Assembly (NCBI GenBank): GCA_009392915.1
Contig: CP045477.1
Span: 128,001-192,000, forward strand
Length of the DNA stretch: 64,000 bases
Origin: Candidatus Forterrea multitransposorum CG_2015-17_Forterrea_25_41
Lineage (GTDB): Archaea; Iainarchaeota; Iainarchaeia; Iainarchaeales; CSSED10-239
Reading direction: 5' to 3'
In this document: in pieces, positions 9,539-19,061 of the stretch
Position numbering within the stretch: position 1 is the first letter of the stretch
How the letters are laid out: each line of letters starts with the position of its first letter
The notes under the pieces: model-generated
Databases searched by the model: none
What the model saw: only the letters and a program-made list of their open reading frames with translations
What the model was told of the DNA's origin: nothing
Translations under genes and position numbers: made by a program

Positions 9539-10879
9539 ATGAAAAACTTAACAACTGACGATATTGGTAAAATCATAGAAATCAAAAGAAAAGTAAATAA
9601 TCAAGAGATAACTCATAAAGGTTATTTAGTTGAAATCTTAAATGATTCTTTAAAAGTTAAGCTTTTAGATAATGGTTATAATATAAGTATTTTTTCAAAA
9701 GAAATTTCTTCTTTTTCTTTAGATGAGTCTAAAGTTTCTTTAGGAAAAGTTAATTCTAAAGACTTTAAAGAAAATTCTTCTCTTCCAAATATTGTATATA
9801 TTGGAACAGGTGGAACTATTGGAACACATGTTGATTATGTTACTGGTGGAGTTACAATGTCAAGAACTCCTCAAGAAATAATTTCTACAACACCTGAACT
9901 TGAAAATATAATTAATATTAAAAAAATAGAATCTCCTTTTAGAAAAGCATCAGAAGACATTTATTATAAAGATTGGCTTGTTTTATCTGAAGTTGTTTTT
10001 AAATATTTAAATGATCCTTCAATTGACGGAATAATTATAACTCATGGAACAGATACTTTATCTTTTACAGGGAGTGCACTTTCTTTTTTAATTGAAAACA
10101 TAAATAAACCTGTTCTTTTAGTTGGTGCTCAAAGATCTCCTGATAGAGCAAGTTTTGATGGATCTTTAAATCTTATTTGTGCAGCTCGTTTTGTAAAGGA
10201 AAAAATACCTGGTGTTTTTACTGTTATGCATGGTTCTATTAATGATGATTTTTGTTCAGTTATTAAAGCTGTTAAATCTAGAAAAATGCATACTTCTAGA
10301 AGAGATGCTTTTATTCCAGTAAATGATATTGTTTATGCAAAAGTTTTTTCTGATGGTAAAATAGATTTTTTAAAAAAAGAAATTTTTTCAAAAGATAAAA
10401 TTCCTTTATTAAATAAAGAATATGAAGAAAAAGTAGCACTTATAAAAATACATCCAAATATTGATCCTTCAATAATTGATTGGTATATTGAAAAAGGTTA
10501 TAAAGGAATTATTTTTGAAGGAACTGGTTTAGGTCATGTTCCAACTGCAGAAAATAATGATTCTATTCTTCCTTTAAAATATCAGTTTATACCTTATATT
10601 AAAAAAGCAATTGAATCTAAATTAATTGTAGTTATGTCTTCCCAATGTCTTTTTGGAAGAGTAAATAATAAAGTTTATTCTAACCTTAGATATCTTTCTC
10701 AAGCAGGTGTTGAATATTTAGATTCTCATGACATTTTACCAGAAGTTTTACAAATAAAACTTTCAGTTGCTTTAAAAAAATTTAAACCAAAAGAAGAAAT
10801 AATTAAATATCTTAAGACCAATATTTCTGGCGAAATAACTTCTAAAGAAGTTCCTTCTTTTTATGATGAAGTTTTATAA
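9539..10879 (+). CDS. gatD: Glu-tRNA(Gln) amidotransferase subunit D (asparaginase-like)
   Basis: About 90-aa N-terminal extension then asparaginase motifs VYIGTGGTIG and ITHGTDTLSFTGSAL; immediately followed by gatE. Confidence 0.8.
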   Translation: MKNLTTDDIGKIIEIKRKVNNQEITHKGYLVEILNDSLKVKLLDNGYNISIFSKEISSFSLDESKVSLGKVNSKDFKENSSLPNIVYIGTGGTIGTHVDYVTGGVTMSRTPQEIISTTPELENIINIKKIESPFRKASEDIYYKDWLVLSEVVFKYLNDPSIDGIIITHGTDTLSFTGSALSFLIENINKPVLLVGAQRSPDRASFDGSLNLICAARFVKEKIPGVFTVMHGSINDDFCSVIKAVKSRKMHTSRRDAFIPVNDIVYAKVFSDGKIDFLKKEIFSKDKIPLLNKEYEEKVALIKIHPNIDPSIIDWYIEKGYKGIIFEGTGLGHVPTAENNDSILPLKYQFIPYIKKAIESKLIVVMSSQCLFGRVNNKVYSNLRYLSQAGVEYLDSHDILPEVLQIKLSVALKKFKPKEEIIKYLKTNISGEITSKEVPSFYDEVL

Positions 10880-10900
10880 TGTTTATTAATATGATTTATT

Positions 10901-12823
10901 ATGATTAAAATTGATATAAATAATTTAGATTATGAAAAACTAGGCCTTATGTGTGGTCTTGAATTACATCAACAGTTAAACACAAATAAACTTTTTTGTA
11001 ATTGTCCTTCAAAATTAATTAATGATGATTTAAAGCCAGATAAAGTAATCCATAGACAATTAAGAGCAGTTTCTTCAGAGACTGGAGATTTAGATGTTAC
11101 TGCAAAAGAAGAACAAGATAAAAATAAAATTTTTAAATATCTTTTTTATAATTCTTGTAATTGTTTAGTTGAAACAGATTCACAACCTCCTTTAAATATT
11201 AATAAAGATGCTTTAAATATTGCTTTAGTTGTTTCTTTTTTAACAAATTCAGTTGTTGTAAATACTTCTCATGTTATGAGAAAACAAGTAATTAATGGTT
11301 CTAATGTTTCTGGTTTTCAGAGAACTACAATGATTTCAACTGATGGTTATCTTGATTTTAGTTTTGGAAAAGTAAGAATTGATAAAATTCTTTTAGAAGA
11401 AGATGCTGCTAGAACAATTGAAAAAACTGATTCTATTGTAACTTATTCTTTAGATAGGCTTGGTATTCCTTTAATAGAATTAGTTGCATGGCATGATATG
11501 CACACTCCTGAACAAGTTAAAGAAGTTGCATTATATCTTGGACAAATGTTTCGAAGTACTGGTAAAACTAAAAGAGGTTTAGGTTCAATCAGACAAGACA
11601 TTAATATTTCTATTAAAGATGGTTCTAGAGTAGAGATTAAAGGTTGTCAAGATCTTGATTTAATTCCAGAGATTGTTAATAGAGAGATTGTTCGTCAATT
11701 AAATTTAATAGATATTAAAAAAGAAGTTATTGAAAAAAATCTTACTTCATTTTCTTTAAAACCTATTATGATTAATGATTATTTTAAGCAAACTGATTCT
11801 AAAGTTGTTTTAAAATCTTTTTCAGAAAATAAAAATGCTTATTTATTTTTACTTCCTGGATTTAAGGGTTTTTTAGGTAGAGAAATTCAACCAAACAGAA
11901 GACTTGGAACTGAAATTGCAAGTGTTTTAAAAATGAGAACTACTCTAAAAGGTCTTTTCCATTTAGATGAACTTCCAAATTATGGTATTACAGAAAAAGA
12001 AGTTAATTTAATTAAAAAAGATTTTTCTGTTAAAGAAAATGATTCCTTTATAATTATTTTTTCTTCTGAAAATGAAATTTCTTCAGTTAAAAATGTAATT
12101 GAAGATAGACTTAATAAACTTAAAGACGGGGTTTTAAAAGAAACTAGAGCTTCAACTGTTGAAGGAAATACAGAATATCAAAGACCTCTTTCAACTTCTT
12201 CAAGAATGTATCCTGAAACTGATCTTTCACCAATTGTTTTTAATGAAGAATTATTAGCTTTAGCTAAAAAAGAAGTTCCTTTATCTTTAGAAGATAGAAA
12301 AAAATTATATGTTGATACTTTTAAACTAAGTTCACAACTTGCAGATAAAATGAAACTTAATAATTTTGCACCAATTTTTGAAAAAATAGTTTCTGAATAT
12401 AAAATTAATCCTACAACTCTTTCAGTATTTTTACTTGAAGATTTAATTAAAGCTTCAAGAGAAGGAGTTTTAGATCTTGATGATGTTAATGATTCTTTAT
12501 TAATTAATTTTTTTAAAACAAAAGATTTGTTTAACAGAATTAATAAAAATAAACTTTTAGATGTCTTTATTGAATTTTTAAAAAATCCTCTTGATTTAGA
12601 AAGAATTATTCAAGAAAATAAAAAAGAGGATTTATCTTTTGATGTATTAACTAATATTATTGATCAAGTAATAGATGAAAATAAAGATTTTATTTTAAAA
12701 CAAAAAGAAAGATCTTTAGGTTTATTGATGGGAAGAGTAATGTCTAAAACTGAAAATAAATATGATGGGAAAATTATTTCTCAAACAATTAAAGAAAGAT
12801 TAAATCTTTTTTTAAAAAATTAA
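10901..12823 (+). CDS. gatE: Glu-tRNA(Gln) amidotransferase subunit E
   Basis: N-terminal GLELHQQLNT..KLFCNC signature of GatE/GatB; 640 aa; operon with gatD. Confidence 0.8.
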   Translation: MIKIDINNLDYEKLGLMCGLELHQQLNTNKLFCNCPSKLINDDLKPDKVIHRQLRAVSSETGDLDVTAKEEQDKNKIFKYLFYNSCNCLVETDSQPPLNINKDALNIALVVSFLTNSVVVNTSHVMRKQVINGSNVSGFQRTTMISTDGYLDFSFGKVRIDKILLEEDAARTIEKTDSIVTYSLDRLGIPLIELVAWHDMHTPEQVKEVALYLGQMFRSTGKTKRGLGSIRQDINISIKDGSRVEIKGCQDLDLIPEIVNREIVRQLNLIDIKKEVIEKNLTSFSLKPIMINDYFKQTDSKVVLKSFSENKNAYLFLLPGFKGFLGREIQPNRRLGTEIASVLKMRTTLKGLFHLDELPNYGITEKEVNLIKKDFSVKENDSFIIIFSSENEISSVKNVIEDRLNKLKDGVLKETRASTVEGNTEYQRPLSTSSRMYPETDLSPIVFNEELLALAKKEVPLSLEDRKKLYVDTFKLSSQLADKMKLNNFAPIFEKIVSEYKINPTTLSVFLLEDLIKASREGVLDLDDVNDSLLINFFKTKDLFNRINKNKLLDVFIEFLKNPLDLERIIQENKKEDLSFDVLTNIIDQVIDENKDFILKQKERSLGLLMGRVMSKTENKYDGKIISQTIKERLNLFLKN

Positions 12824-12838
12824 AAATGTGAATTATTT

Positions 12839-13348
12839 ATGGCTAAACATGATATTCTTTATGCTCCTTGGAGAAAAAAATATGTAACTTCAAATACTAA
12901 AAAAGAAAGTAAAAATCCTAAAACTTGTATTTTTTGTAAAGCTCCAAAAGAAGAGGTAATATTTTCAAGTAAAAAAATATTTCTTCAAGCAAATAAATAT
13001 CCTTATGGGGAAGGTCATCTTTTAGTAATTCCAAAAAGACATGTAAATCAAGTTATAGATCTAACTTCTAAAGAAAGAGAAGAATTATTTAATATGATTG
13101 ATCTTTCAGTTTATGCTTTAAATATTTTTATGAAACCTGAAGGTTATAATATTGGTTGTAGTATAGGTGATGTTGCTGGAGAAAGTATTAAACATTTGCA
13201 TTTTCATATCTTACCAAGATATAAAGGAGATGTTGCATGGTCAAGACTTTGTGATTTTGAAGTTGTTTCATTATCTCCAAATGAATTAGCTATTAGTCTT
13301 AAAGAAATTATTGAAAAAAATAAACTTGCAAAAAAATTTAATCTTTAA
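12839..13348 (+). CDS. HIT-family nucleotide hydrolase/transferase
   Basis: Histidine-triad motif HLHFHILPR. Confidence 0.6.
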   Translation: MAKHDILYAPWRKKYVTSNTKKESKNPKTCIFCKAPKEEVIFSSKKIFLQANKYPYGEGHLLVIPKRHVNQVIDLTSKEREELFNMIDLSVYALNIFMKPEGYNIGCSIGDVAGESIKHLHFHILPRYKGDVAWSRLCDFEVVSLSPNELAISLKEIIEKNKLAKKFNL

Positions 13349-13475
13349 GTAAAATAGTTTGTTTTTTTATCTTTTTTTAAGTTTTTCTAAGGTTTATATG
13401 TAACCATTAGTTTTTAAATATATTTATACATTATATATATAAATTTTATATTTATGCTTTTTTGGTGATTAAGAT

Positions 13476-13961
13476 ATGTTTAAACTATTTAAGAAGACAA
13501 GAGTTACAGAAGTTGTTGAAATTGATGAGTCTACTATTTCTGAAATTAAAAGACCTAAAGTTGTTCAAGTAGAACAAAAGAACTATAGAGTTAAATCTAT
13601 TGATTGGTTAGAACAACATTATATAGTTGTTTCAGAAGTTGCATCTGGTAAAAAAACTGGTGCAAGACAACAAGGAAAATTTACTTTTGAAGGAAGACAG
13701 ATCTATAAGGATGATGTTACAAGAAAACTTTATAGTGATCTTTTAGATAATTATAGTTATTATGCTATGACTGTTAAAAGATATATTGTTGTTAGAAAAG
13801 AACTTGAGATTATTGATAAACAAAAAGATGAAGAATACTTAATTGCAGGTAGAGCGAAAGAATTTAATTTAGAAGCTTCAAGACTTGAGAATGCATTAAA
13901 TGTTTATCTAACAAATATTAATGTTATTAAAAATAAGATTAAGGATTATTTATATTCTTAA
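13476..13961 (+). CDS. Hypothetical protein
   Basis: Clean ORF with ATG and an upstream AT-rich promoter-like region; no recognisable motif. Confidence 0.3.
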   Translation: MFKLFKKTRVTEVVEIDESTISEIKRPKVVQVEQKNYRVKSIDWLEQHYIVVSEVASGKKTGARQQGKFTFEGRQIYKDDVTRKLYSDLLDNYSYYAMTVKRYIVVRKELEIIDKQKDEEYLIAGRAKEFNLEASRLENALNVYLTNINVIKNKIKDYLYS

Positions 13962-14008
13962 ATCTTTTTTCTATTTTCTTATAAAATTAGTTTTTTTTAA
14001 AAAATATT

Positions 14009-14203
14009 TTAAATCATTCCTTTTGCCATACCTTTGGTTGATCTTAAACATTTTTTATGCCAATACTGTCCACCCCATTTTTTATCACAACCTTTTTGGT
14101 TGCAAAGGGCGCATGTTTCATCAGGATATTTAGATTTTGAGAAATCTATTCTTTTTTCATTATCTTCTTTATTTTCTTTTTTTTTAAATAATCCAAATAC
14201 CAT
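14009..14203 (-). CDS. Small Cys-rich zinc-ribbon-like protein (hypothetical)
   Basis: C-x2-C ... C ... H-x2-C arrangement (CALCNQKGCDKKWGGQYWHKKC). Competes with two overlapping plus-strand ORFs of similar length. Confidence 0.25.
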   Translation of the reverse strand: MVFGLFKKKENKEDNEKRIDFSKSKYPDETCALCNQKGCDKKWGGQYWHKKCLRSTKGMAKGMI

Positions 14204-14237
14204 TTTTTTTCACAATTAGTTTTTTTTTAAAAAATTA

Positions 14238-14310
14238 TAGTCCGGAGGAGATTCGAACTCCTGTCGCCAGGTTCAAAGCCTGACATGCTTGGCCACTACA
14301 CTACCGGACT
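14238..14310 (-). tRNA. tRNA-Gln (anticodon UUG)
   Basis: Reverse complement folds as a cloverleaf: acceptor AGTCCGG/CCGGACT, anticodon stem TCAGG/CCTGG, loop CUUUGAA, T-loop TTCGAAT, discriminator A. Confidence 0.8.
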
Positions 14311-14443
14311 ATTTTATTTAGCAAAGAAATATTTTCTTTTCTATTAATATCTAAAAAAGGAAGGGTTTTTATTTCTTTATTAAGTTAAATATTTAATAAT
14401 AGAAATATTTTTATATACTATTCTTTATAAATTAATATATAAA

Positions 14444-14518
14444 GGGAGTGTAGCTTAGTCTGGTTGGAGCACTCGACTGATAATCGAGAGGCCGCAGGTT
14501 CGAATCCTGCCATTCCCA
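14444..14518 (+). tRNA. tRNA-Ile (anticodon GAU)
   Basis: Acceptor GGGAGTG/CATTCCC, anticodon stem CTCGA/TCGAG, loop CUGAUAA, T-arm GCAGG-TTCGAAT-CCTGC. Confidence 0.8.
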
Positions 14519-14559
14519 CTTTCTATTTTTATATAGATTTTAAAAAAAGAGGATAATTT

Positions 14560-14733
14560 ATGAGAAATATACAAGATGTATTAAAATCAGATTCCGATTA
14601 TGATTTTTCTGAATTTGATTATGATGAAGATCCTAAAAAGAAAAAACAAGACCAATTAGATTCACAAGAAGAAGAAATTCGTGTTGATGATGAATGGGAT
14701 GATGAGTCAGATGATAGTGATTCTGACTATTAA
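14560..14733 (+). CDS. Small, extremely acidic protein (58 aa, hypothetical)
   Basis: ATG at 14560 preceded by AAGAGGA; translation MRNIQDVLKSDSDYDFSEFDYDEDPKKKKQDQLDSQEEEIRVDDEWDDESDDSDSDY. Below the ORF-track length cut-off. Confidence 0.3.
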   Translation: MRNIQDVLKSDSDYDFSEFDYDEDPKKKKQDQLDSQEEEIRVDDEWDDESDDSDSDY

Positions 14734-14853
14734 TTTTTTTTATTTTTTTACTTAATTTTAGTGCTATTTTTTAGTTAATAATAATCTATTTAAATACTTT
14801 GTACCATATATTATTATAGTGTTTTTAATAATTAATGAAAGGGGTATTTAAAT

Positions 14854-15267
14854 ATGAGTGAAGTTGAAAAACAAATAAATGATCAAGAAGTTTTAGAAAA
14901 AAAAGAAGAAGCTTTAGTTGATGATGAAGATGAAGCTTTAGAAGAAGATGATGAAAAACTTCCTTTCCCTAATGCTAGAGTTGTAAGACTTATGAGAGAA
15001 AGTTTAGATCAAAATAAACAAATCAAATCTGTTGTTAAAAAAGAAATGAATATTTTCTTAGGAAGAATAGTTGAAACTATTTGTAAGAAAATGAACGAAT
15101 TTGATTATAGTTATGTTGATTATGGTATGTTTAAGCAAGCAATAGAAACTTTTGAAAATATTCAAACAATTGAACTTGAAAAAATAAGAATCATAAAAGC
15201 TTTAGAAAAAATAAAAGCAGATTGTGATGTCTTAGTAAATGATGTTGAAAGAAAATTCCATGAATAG
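14854..15267 (+). CDS. Histone-fold protein (archaeal histone / NF-YB-like) with an acidic N-terminal tail
   Basis: Core LPFPNARVVRLMRESL...IKSVVKKEMNIFLGRIVETICKK...VDYGMFKQAIE fits a helix-strand-helix histone fold; about 35 aa of E/D-rich N-tail; GGGG RBS upstream. Confidence 0.45.
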   Translation: MSEVEKQINDQEVLEKKEEALVDDEDEALEEDDEKLPFPNARVVRLMRESLDQNKQIKSVVKKEMNIFLGRIVETICKKMNEFDYSYVDYGMFKQAIETFENIQTIELEKIRIIKALEKIKADCDVLVNDVERKFHE

Positions 15268-15357
15268 ATGGAATTTTTTATTTTTATTTTTTTTAAAATA
15301 TTTTTTTTTTAACTTTAAAAAAAAACAAAAAACCTATTTAAAAAGAAGGTGATTTTT

Positions 15358-16980
15358 ATGACTGATTCTCAAACACAAAATAACGCCATGTTTGGTGAAG
15401 GAACTAGACGTGAGAGGGGCAAAGATGCTCAAAAAATAAACATACTTGTTGCAAAAGCAGTTGCTAATGCGGTAAAGTCTACTTTAGGTCCAAGAGGGAT
15501 GGACAAGATGCTTGTTGATGAACTTGGAGATGTAACTATTAGTAATGATGGTGCTACAATTTTAAAAGAAATGTCAATAGAACACCCTATAGGTAAGATG
15601 TTTGTTGAACTTGCAAAAACACAAGATGATGAAGTTGGAGATGGTACTACTTCAAGTGTTATTATTGCAGGTGAGTTAGTTTCTAAAGCTGAAAACTTAC
15701 TTGATGAAAATATACATTCTTCAATAATTATTAGAGGATATAAAATGGCTTCTGAGAAAGCAATTTCTTTTTATCAAGAAATTTCAGAAGATATTTCTTT
15801 AAGTGATAAAGATCTTTTATTAAATATTGCAAAAACTTCAATGACAGGAAAAGCTTCAGACTATAGTGATTATCTTTCAAAAGCTGTTGTTGATTCTATA
15901 TTGATGATTTTAAATGAAACAAATTATAAAGAAATTGATAGAGATAAAATAAGACTTGAAAAAAAGATTGGATCTTCAATTTCTGAAACAAAAATAATTG
16001 ATGGTATTGTTCTTGATAAAGAGATTGTGCATCCTGAAATGCCAAAATCTTTAGAAAATTGTAAAGTTGCAATTTTAAATACTGCTCTTGAGATTAGAGA
16101 ACCTGAAAATGATACTAAAATACAAATCAATTCTCCTGAACAACTTCAAATGTTTATTGAACAAGAAGAAAGTCAATTAAGAAAAATGGTTGATAAATTA
16201 ATTGAAACTAAAACAAATATTGTTTTTTGTCAAAAAGGAATTGATGATCTTGCAGAACATTATCTTTCAAAAGCTGGTATTTCTGCAATTAAAAGAGTTA
16301 AACAATCAGATATTGAAATTTTAGCAAAATCTTCAGGCGCAAAGATTATTACAAGAATAAATGATATGTCACAAGAAGATTTAGGTTTCTTTGGAAAAGT
16401 TTATGAAAAGAGAATTTCTGGAGAAAATATGTTGTTTATTGAAAATCCTAAACAAAAAGGAATTGTTACAATTCTTTTAAGAGGTTCTTCAGAACAAGTT
16501 TTATCTGAAACAGAAAGAACAATTACAGATGCTATTGGTGCTGTACTTTCTTCACTTAGATCAGGAAAATATGTTTCTGGTGGGGGTTCTTGTGAAATTG
16601 AAGTTTCTTTAAGACTTAAAAACTATGCTAAAACAATTGGAGGAAGAGAACAACTTGCAATTGAAGCATTTGCAGATGTTTTAGAATCTATTCCTAAAAT
16701 TTTAGCTGAAAGTTCTGGACTTGATGCAATTGATACTTTAGTTTCTTTAAGAAGTATACATCAAGATATAAATAATAAAAGTTATGGGGTAGATGTAATT
16801 AATAGTAAAATAGAAGATATGAAAAAATTACATGTTATTGAACCATTAAACCTTAAAACCCAAATTATTAATTCTTCTTTTGAAGTAGTTGAAATGATTC
16901 TTAGAATAGATGATATTATTGCAGCTTCTTCAAAGAATAAAGGGCAAGGTTTTCAAGGAATGCCAAATAATTTAATGTAG
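15358..16980 (+). CDS. ths: Thermosome (group II chaperonin) subunit
   Basis: [12 protein letters not shown]-binding GDGTTS, and the TCP-1/thermosome family pattern throughout. True ATG at 15358 with GAAGGTGA upstream; the track start at 15349 is a GTG. Confidence 0.9.
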   Translation: MTDSQTQNNAMFGEGTRRERGKDAQKINILVAKAVANAVKSTLGPRGMDKMLVDELGDVTISNDGATILKEMSIEHPIGKMFVELAKTQDDEVGDGTTSSVIIAGELVSKAENLLDENIHSSIIIRGYKMASEKAISFYQEISEDISLSDKDLLLNIAKTSMTGKASDYSDYLSKAVVDSILMILNETNYKEIDRDKIRLEKKIGSSISETKIIDGIVLDKEIVHPEMPKSLENCKVAILNTALEIREPENDTKIQINSPEQLQMFIEQEESQLRKMVDKLIETKTNIVFCQKGIDDLAEHYLSKAGISAIKRVKQSDIEILAKSSGAKIITRINDMSQEDLGFFGKVYEKRISGENMLFIENPKQKGIVTILLRGSSEQVLSETERTITDAIGAVLSSLRSGKYVSGGGSCEIEVSLRLKNYAKTIGGREQLAIEAFADVLESIPKILAESSGLDAIDTLVSLRSIHQDINNKSYGVDVINSKIEDMKKLHVIEPLNLKTQIINSSFEVVEMILRIDDIIAASSKNKGQGFQGMPNNLM

Positions 16981-17076
16981 ATTTTAAAAAAGAAAAATAT
17001 ATAAACTCTTACCTTCTATAAATATTTATAACTTGTAAATTTTAACAAGTTATTATTTTATAAATTTGATAAATAT

Positions 17077-17415
17077 ATGAAAGTAAAAGATATAAAACCT
17101 TTCCAAAAAAAAATAAGTCTTTTATGTAAAGTAATTTCAAAGACTGAAATAAGAAAAGTAGTTTCAAGATTAGATGAAATTGAACATAAAGTTTGTGAAG
17201 CTTTAATTGGTGATGATACTGGTGTTGTTTATCTTACTTTATGGGATTTATCTATAGAAAATTTACAAGAAGGTAAGGTTTATTCTTTTGAAAATCTTTA
17301 TTCTTCAGAGTTTAAAAAATCTTTAAGACTTAATCTTGGAAGATTTGGAGAATTTAAAGAAGTTTCTCAAGAAATTGAAGTAAACAAAGAAAATAATCTT
17401 TCAAAAGAAGTTTAA
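17077..17415 (+). CDS. Single OB-fold ssDNA-binding protein (SSB/RPA-like, tentative)
   Basis: Pattern ..IGDDTGVVYLTLWD..ENLQEGKVY.FENLY..EFKKSLRLNLG matches the archaeal short-RPA OB fold. Confidence 0.4.
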   Translation: MKVKDIKPFQKKISLLCKVISKTEIRKVVSRLDEIEHKVCEALIGDDTGVVYLTLWDLSIENLQEGKVYSFENLYSSEFKKSLRLNLGRFGEFKEVSQEIEVNKENNLSKEV

Positions 17416-17450
17416 TTTTTTTCTTTTTAAAAAAGTATTATTATTATTTT

Positions 17451-17525
17451 GGAAGTGTAGCTTAGTCTGGTTAGAGCATTGGTCTTATACACCAAAGGTC
17501 GCAGGTTCGAATCCTGCCATTTCCA
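17451..17525 (+). tRNA. tRNA-Ile (genomically encoded anticodon UAU)
   Basis: Body nearly identical to tRNA-Ile(GAU) at 14444. Acceptor GGAAGTG/CATTTCC with a compensatory change, anticodon stem TTGGT/ACCAA, loop CUUAUAC. Confidence 0.75.
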
Positions 17526-17582
17526 CTTTTTTTTAAAAATAAAGCTTTATAAATCTAATTAACTACTATATATTAGATAATT

Positions 17583-18956
17583 ATGGGTTATTCTTTTAAA
17601 AAAGAAAGTAGATTATTTTTTTGGATATTAAGTATTTTACTTTCTTCATTAATATTTTCTATATTATATTTCTTCCAAGTGTTTGGAAGTTCTCAAAATA
17701 ATTCTCTTTCATTTATCTTTTCATTAATTATTTTAATTGTTTTATTTATTGTTGGTATGTTTAATTATAAACTTACAACAAAGCTATATGGTTTTATTTC
17801 TTCACAAAGAGATTTATCTAAACTTATAAGTAGAATTAATCTAGATGATTCTGAAGAAAATATTCAAAAAATGATTAGTAGATTTAAAGAAGTTTTTTAT
17901 AATCTTGATCTTTCAGATAAAGAAGGTTCAATTTTAATTATTAGAAAAACTGTTGGCTTAGATTCTGATGCTGCTTTCAAAGTATATAAGATTCTAAAAA
18001 ATATTAGTTTTACAAAAAATGTTTTAACTATTTCTGGTTTTTTAATATCTGTAATTGTTTATTTTATAATTACAAAAATTAATTTTTTTAATATTATTAC
18101 TGAAACTAAGTTTTTCCCACTTGCAATTTCTTTATTATTATTTTTTATATTTTTATTTGAAAGTAGATTGTCTTCTAAAATACCTTCTAGTTTTTATATT
18201 AACCTTGTAATTATTAATAAAAAAGCATTAACAAATAGTAAAAAGGATGTAATTGATAGTGAAAATCAATTAAATAATATTTTTAAAAAAAGAGATGAAA
18301 TTAGAGAAAAAATAAAAGATATTGTTTTTAATTTAACAAAACAAGGTTTTAAAAAAAAAGATGTTGTTGAAATAATTAATTCTAGAAAAAAAGATTCTTA
18401 TGGTCTAAAAGATTTAATTATGCAATCAAATGAAGATTTTAATTCAGAAGCAAAAAAAGCTTCTTTTAAAGATGTTTCTTTAGATATTGAGAATATTTTA
18501 AAATTTTATGAAGATGTTAAAAATAAAGAAAAAGAAGTGCTTTCTTTAAAAGAGAAAATAAACCAAATTAGAGAAATTCAAGAAACTGTTGAAAAAATAA
18601 ATTCTAATGATTGGGATTATTATAAAAATATTAAATTTAATTTAAATAAATCTAAAGAATTTGAAAGAAACATAACTGATGAAATTTCAAGTAAATTACA
18701 TCATAGATCTGAACTTAAGGAAGATAAAGAAGTTATAATTAAAAATTTATATAATTTATTCATAAATTATAAAGACTCAATTACAAAAGATCAAGTTTAT
18801 TCTTTTTTAATTTCTAAAGGTTATTGTTATGAAACTATTATGGATCTTTTTGATGAATTTAAGAAAAATAATATTGATTTAACTAAAAATAAAAAAACTT
18901 TTCAAGACAAAATTATTTCAAAGATTAATAATGTTTATGAAAGTTTTAAAGATTAG
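17583..18956 (+). CDS. Membrane-anchored coiled-coil protein, paralog of 4792-6186
   Basis: Same architecture and shared motifs (PSSFYINLVIINKKAL; C-terminal KINNVYESF). Confidence 0.4.
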   Translation: MGYSFKKESRLFFWILSILLSSLIFSILYFFQVFGSSQNNSLSFIFSLIILIVLFIVGMFNYKLTTKLYGFISSQRDLSKLISRINLDDSEENIQKMISRFKEVFYNLDLSDKEGSILIIRKTVGLDSDAAFKVYKILKNISFTKNVLTISGFLISVIVYFIITKINFFNIITETKFFPLAISLLLFFIFLFESRLSSKIPSSFYINLVIINKKALTNSKKDVIDSENQLNNIFKKRDEIREKIKDIVFNLTKQGFKKKDVVEIINSRKKDSYGLKDLIMQSNEDFNSEAKKASFKDVSLDIENILKFYEDVKNKEKEVLSLKEKINQIREIQETVEKINSNDWDYYKNIKFNLNKSKEFERNITDEISSKLHHRSELKEDKEVIIKNLYNLFINYKDSITKDQVYSFLISKGYCYETIMDLFDEFKKNNIDLTKNKKTFQDKIISKINNVYESFKD

Positions 18957-19061
18957 TTTTTAGATAAATTTAAAAATCTGTTTATAAATATAATAAATAA
19001 AAGAGATATATTTAAATTTAAAAGAGATAATAAAAATAGATAATAAAAGAGATAATAAAAC

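Noticed and set aside
13921-14219. Plus-strand ORFs 13921-14133 and 14034-14219
   Set aside because: They overlap each other and the minus-strand Cys-rich ORF. They are low-complexity Leu/Phe-rich translations typical of antisense reading of AT-rich DNA. None is well supported; I kept only the zinc-ribbon-like minus ORF, at low confidence.
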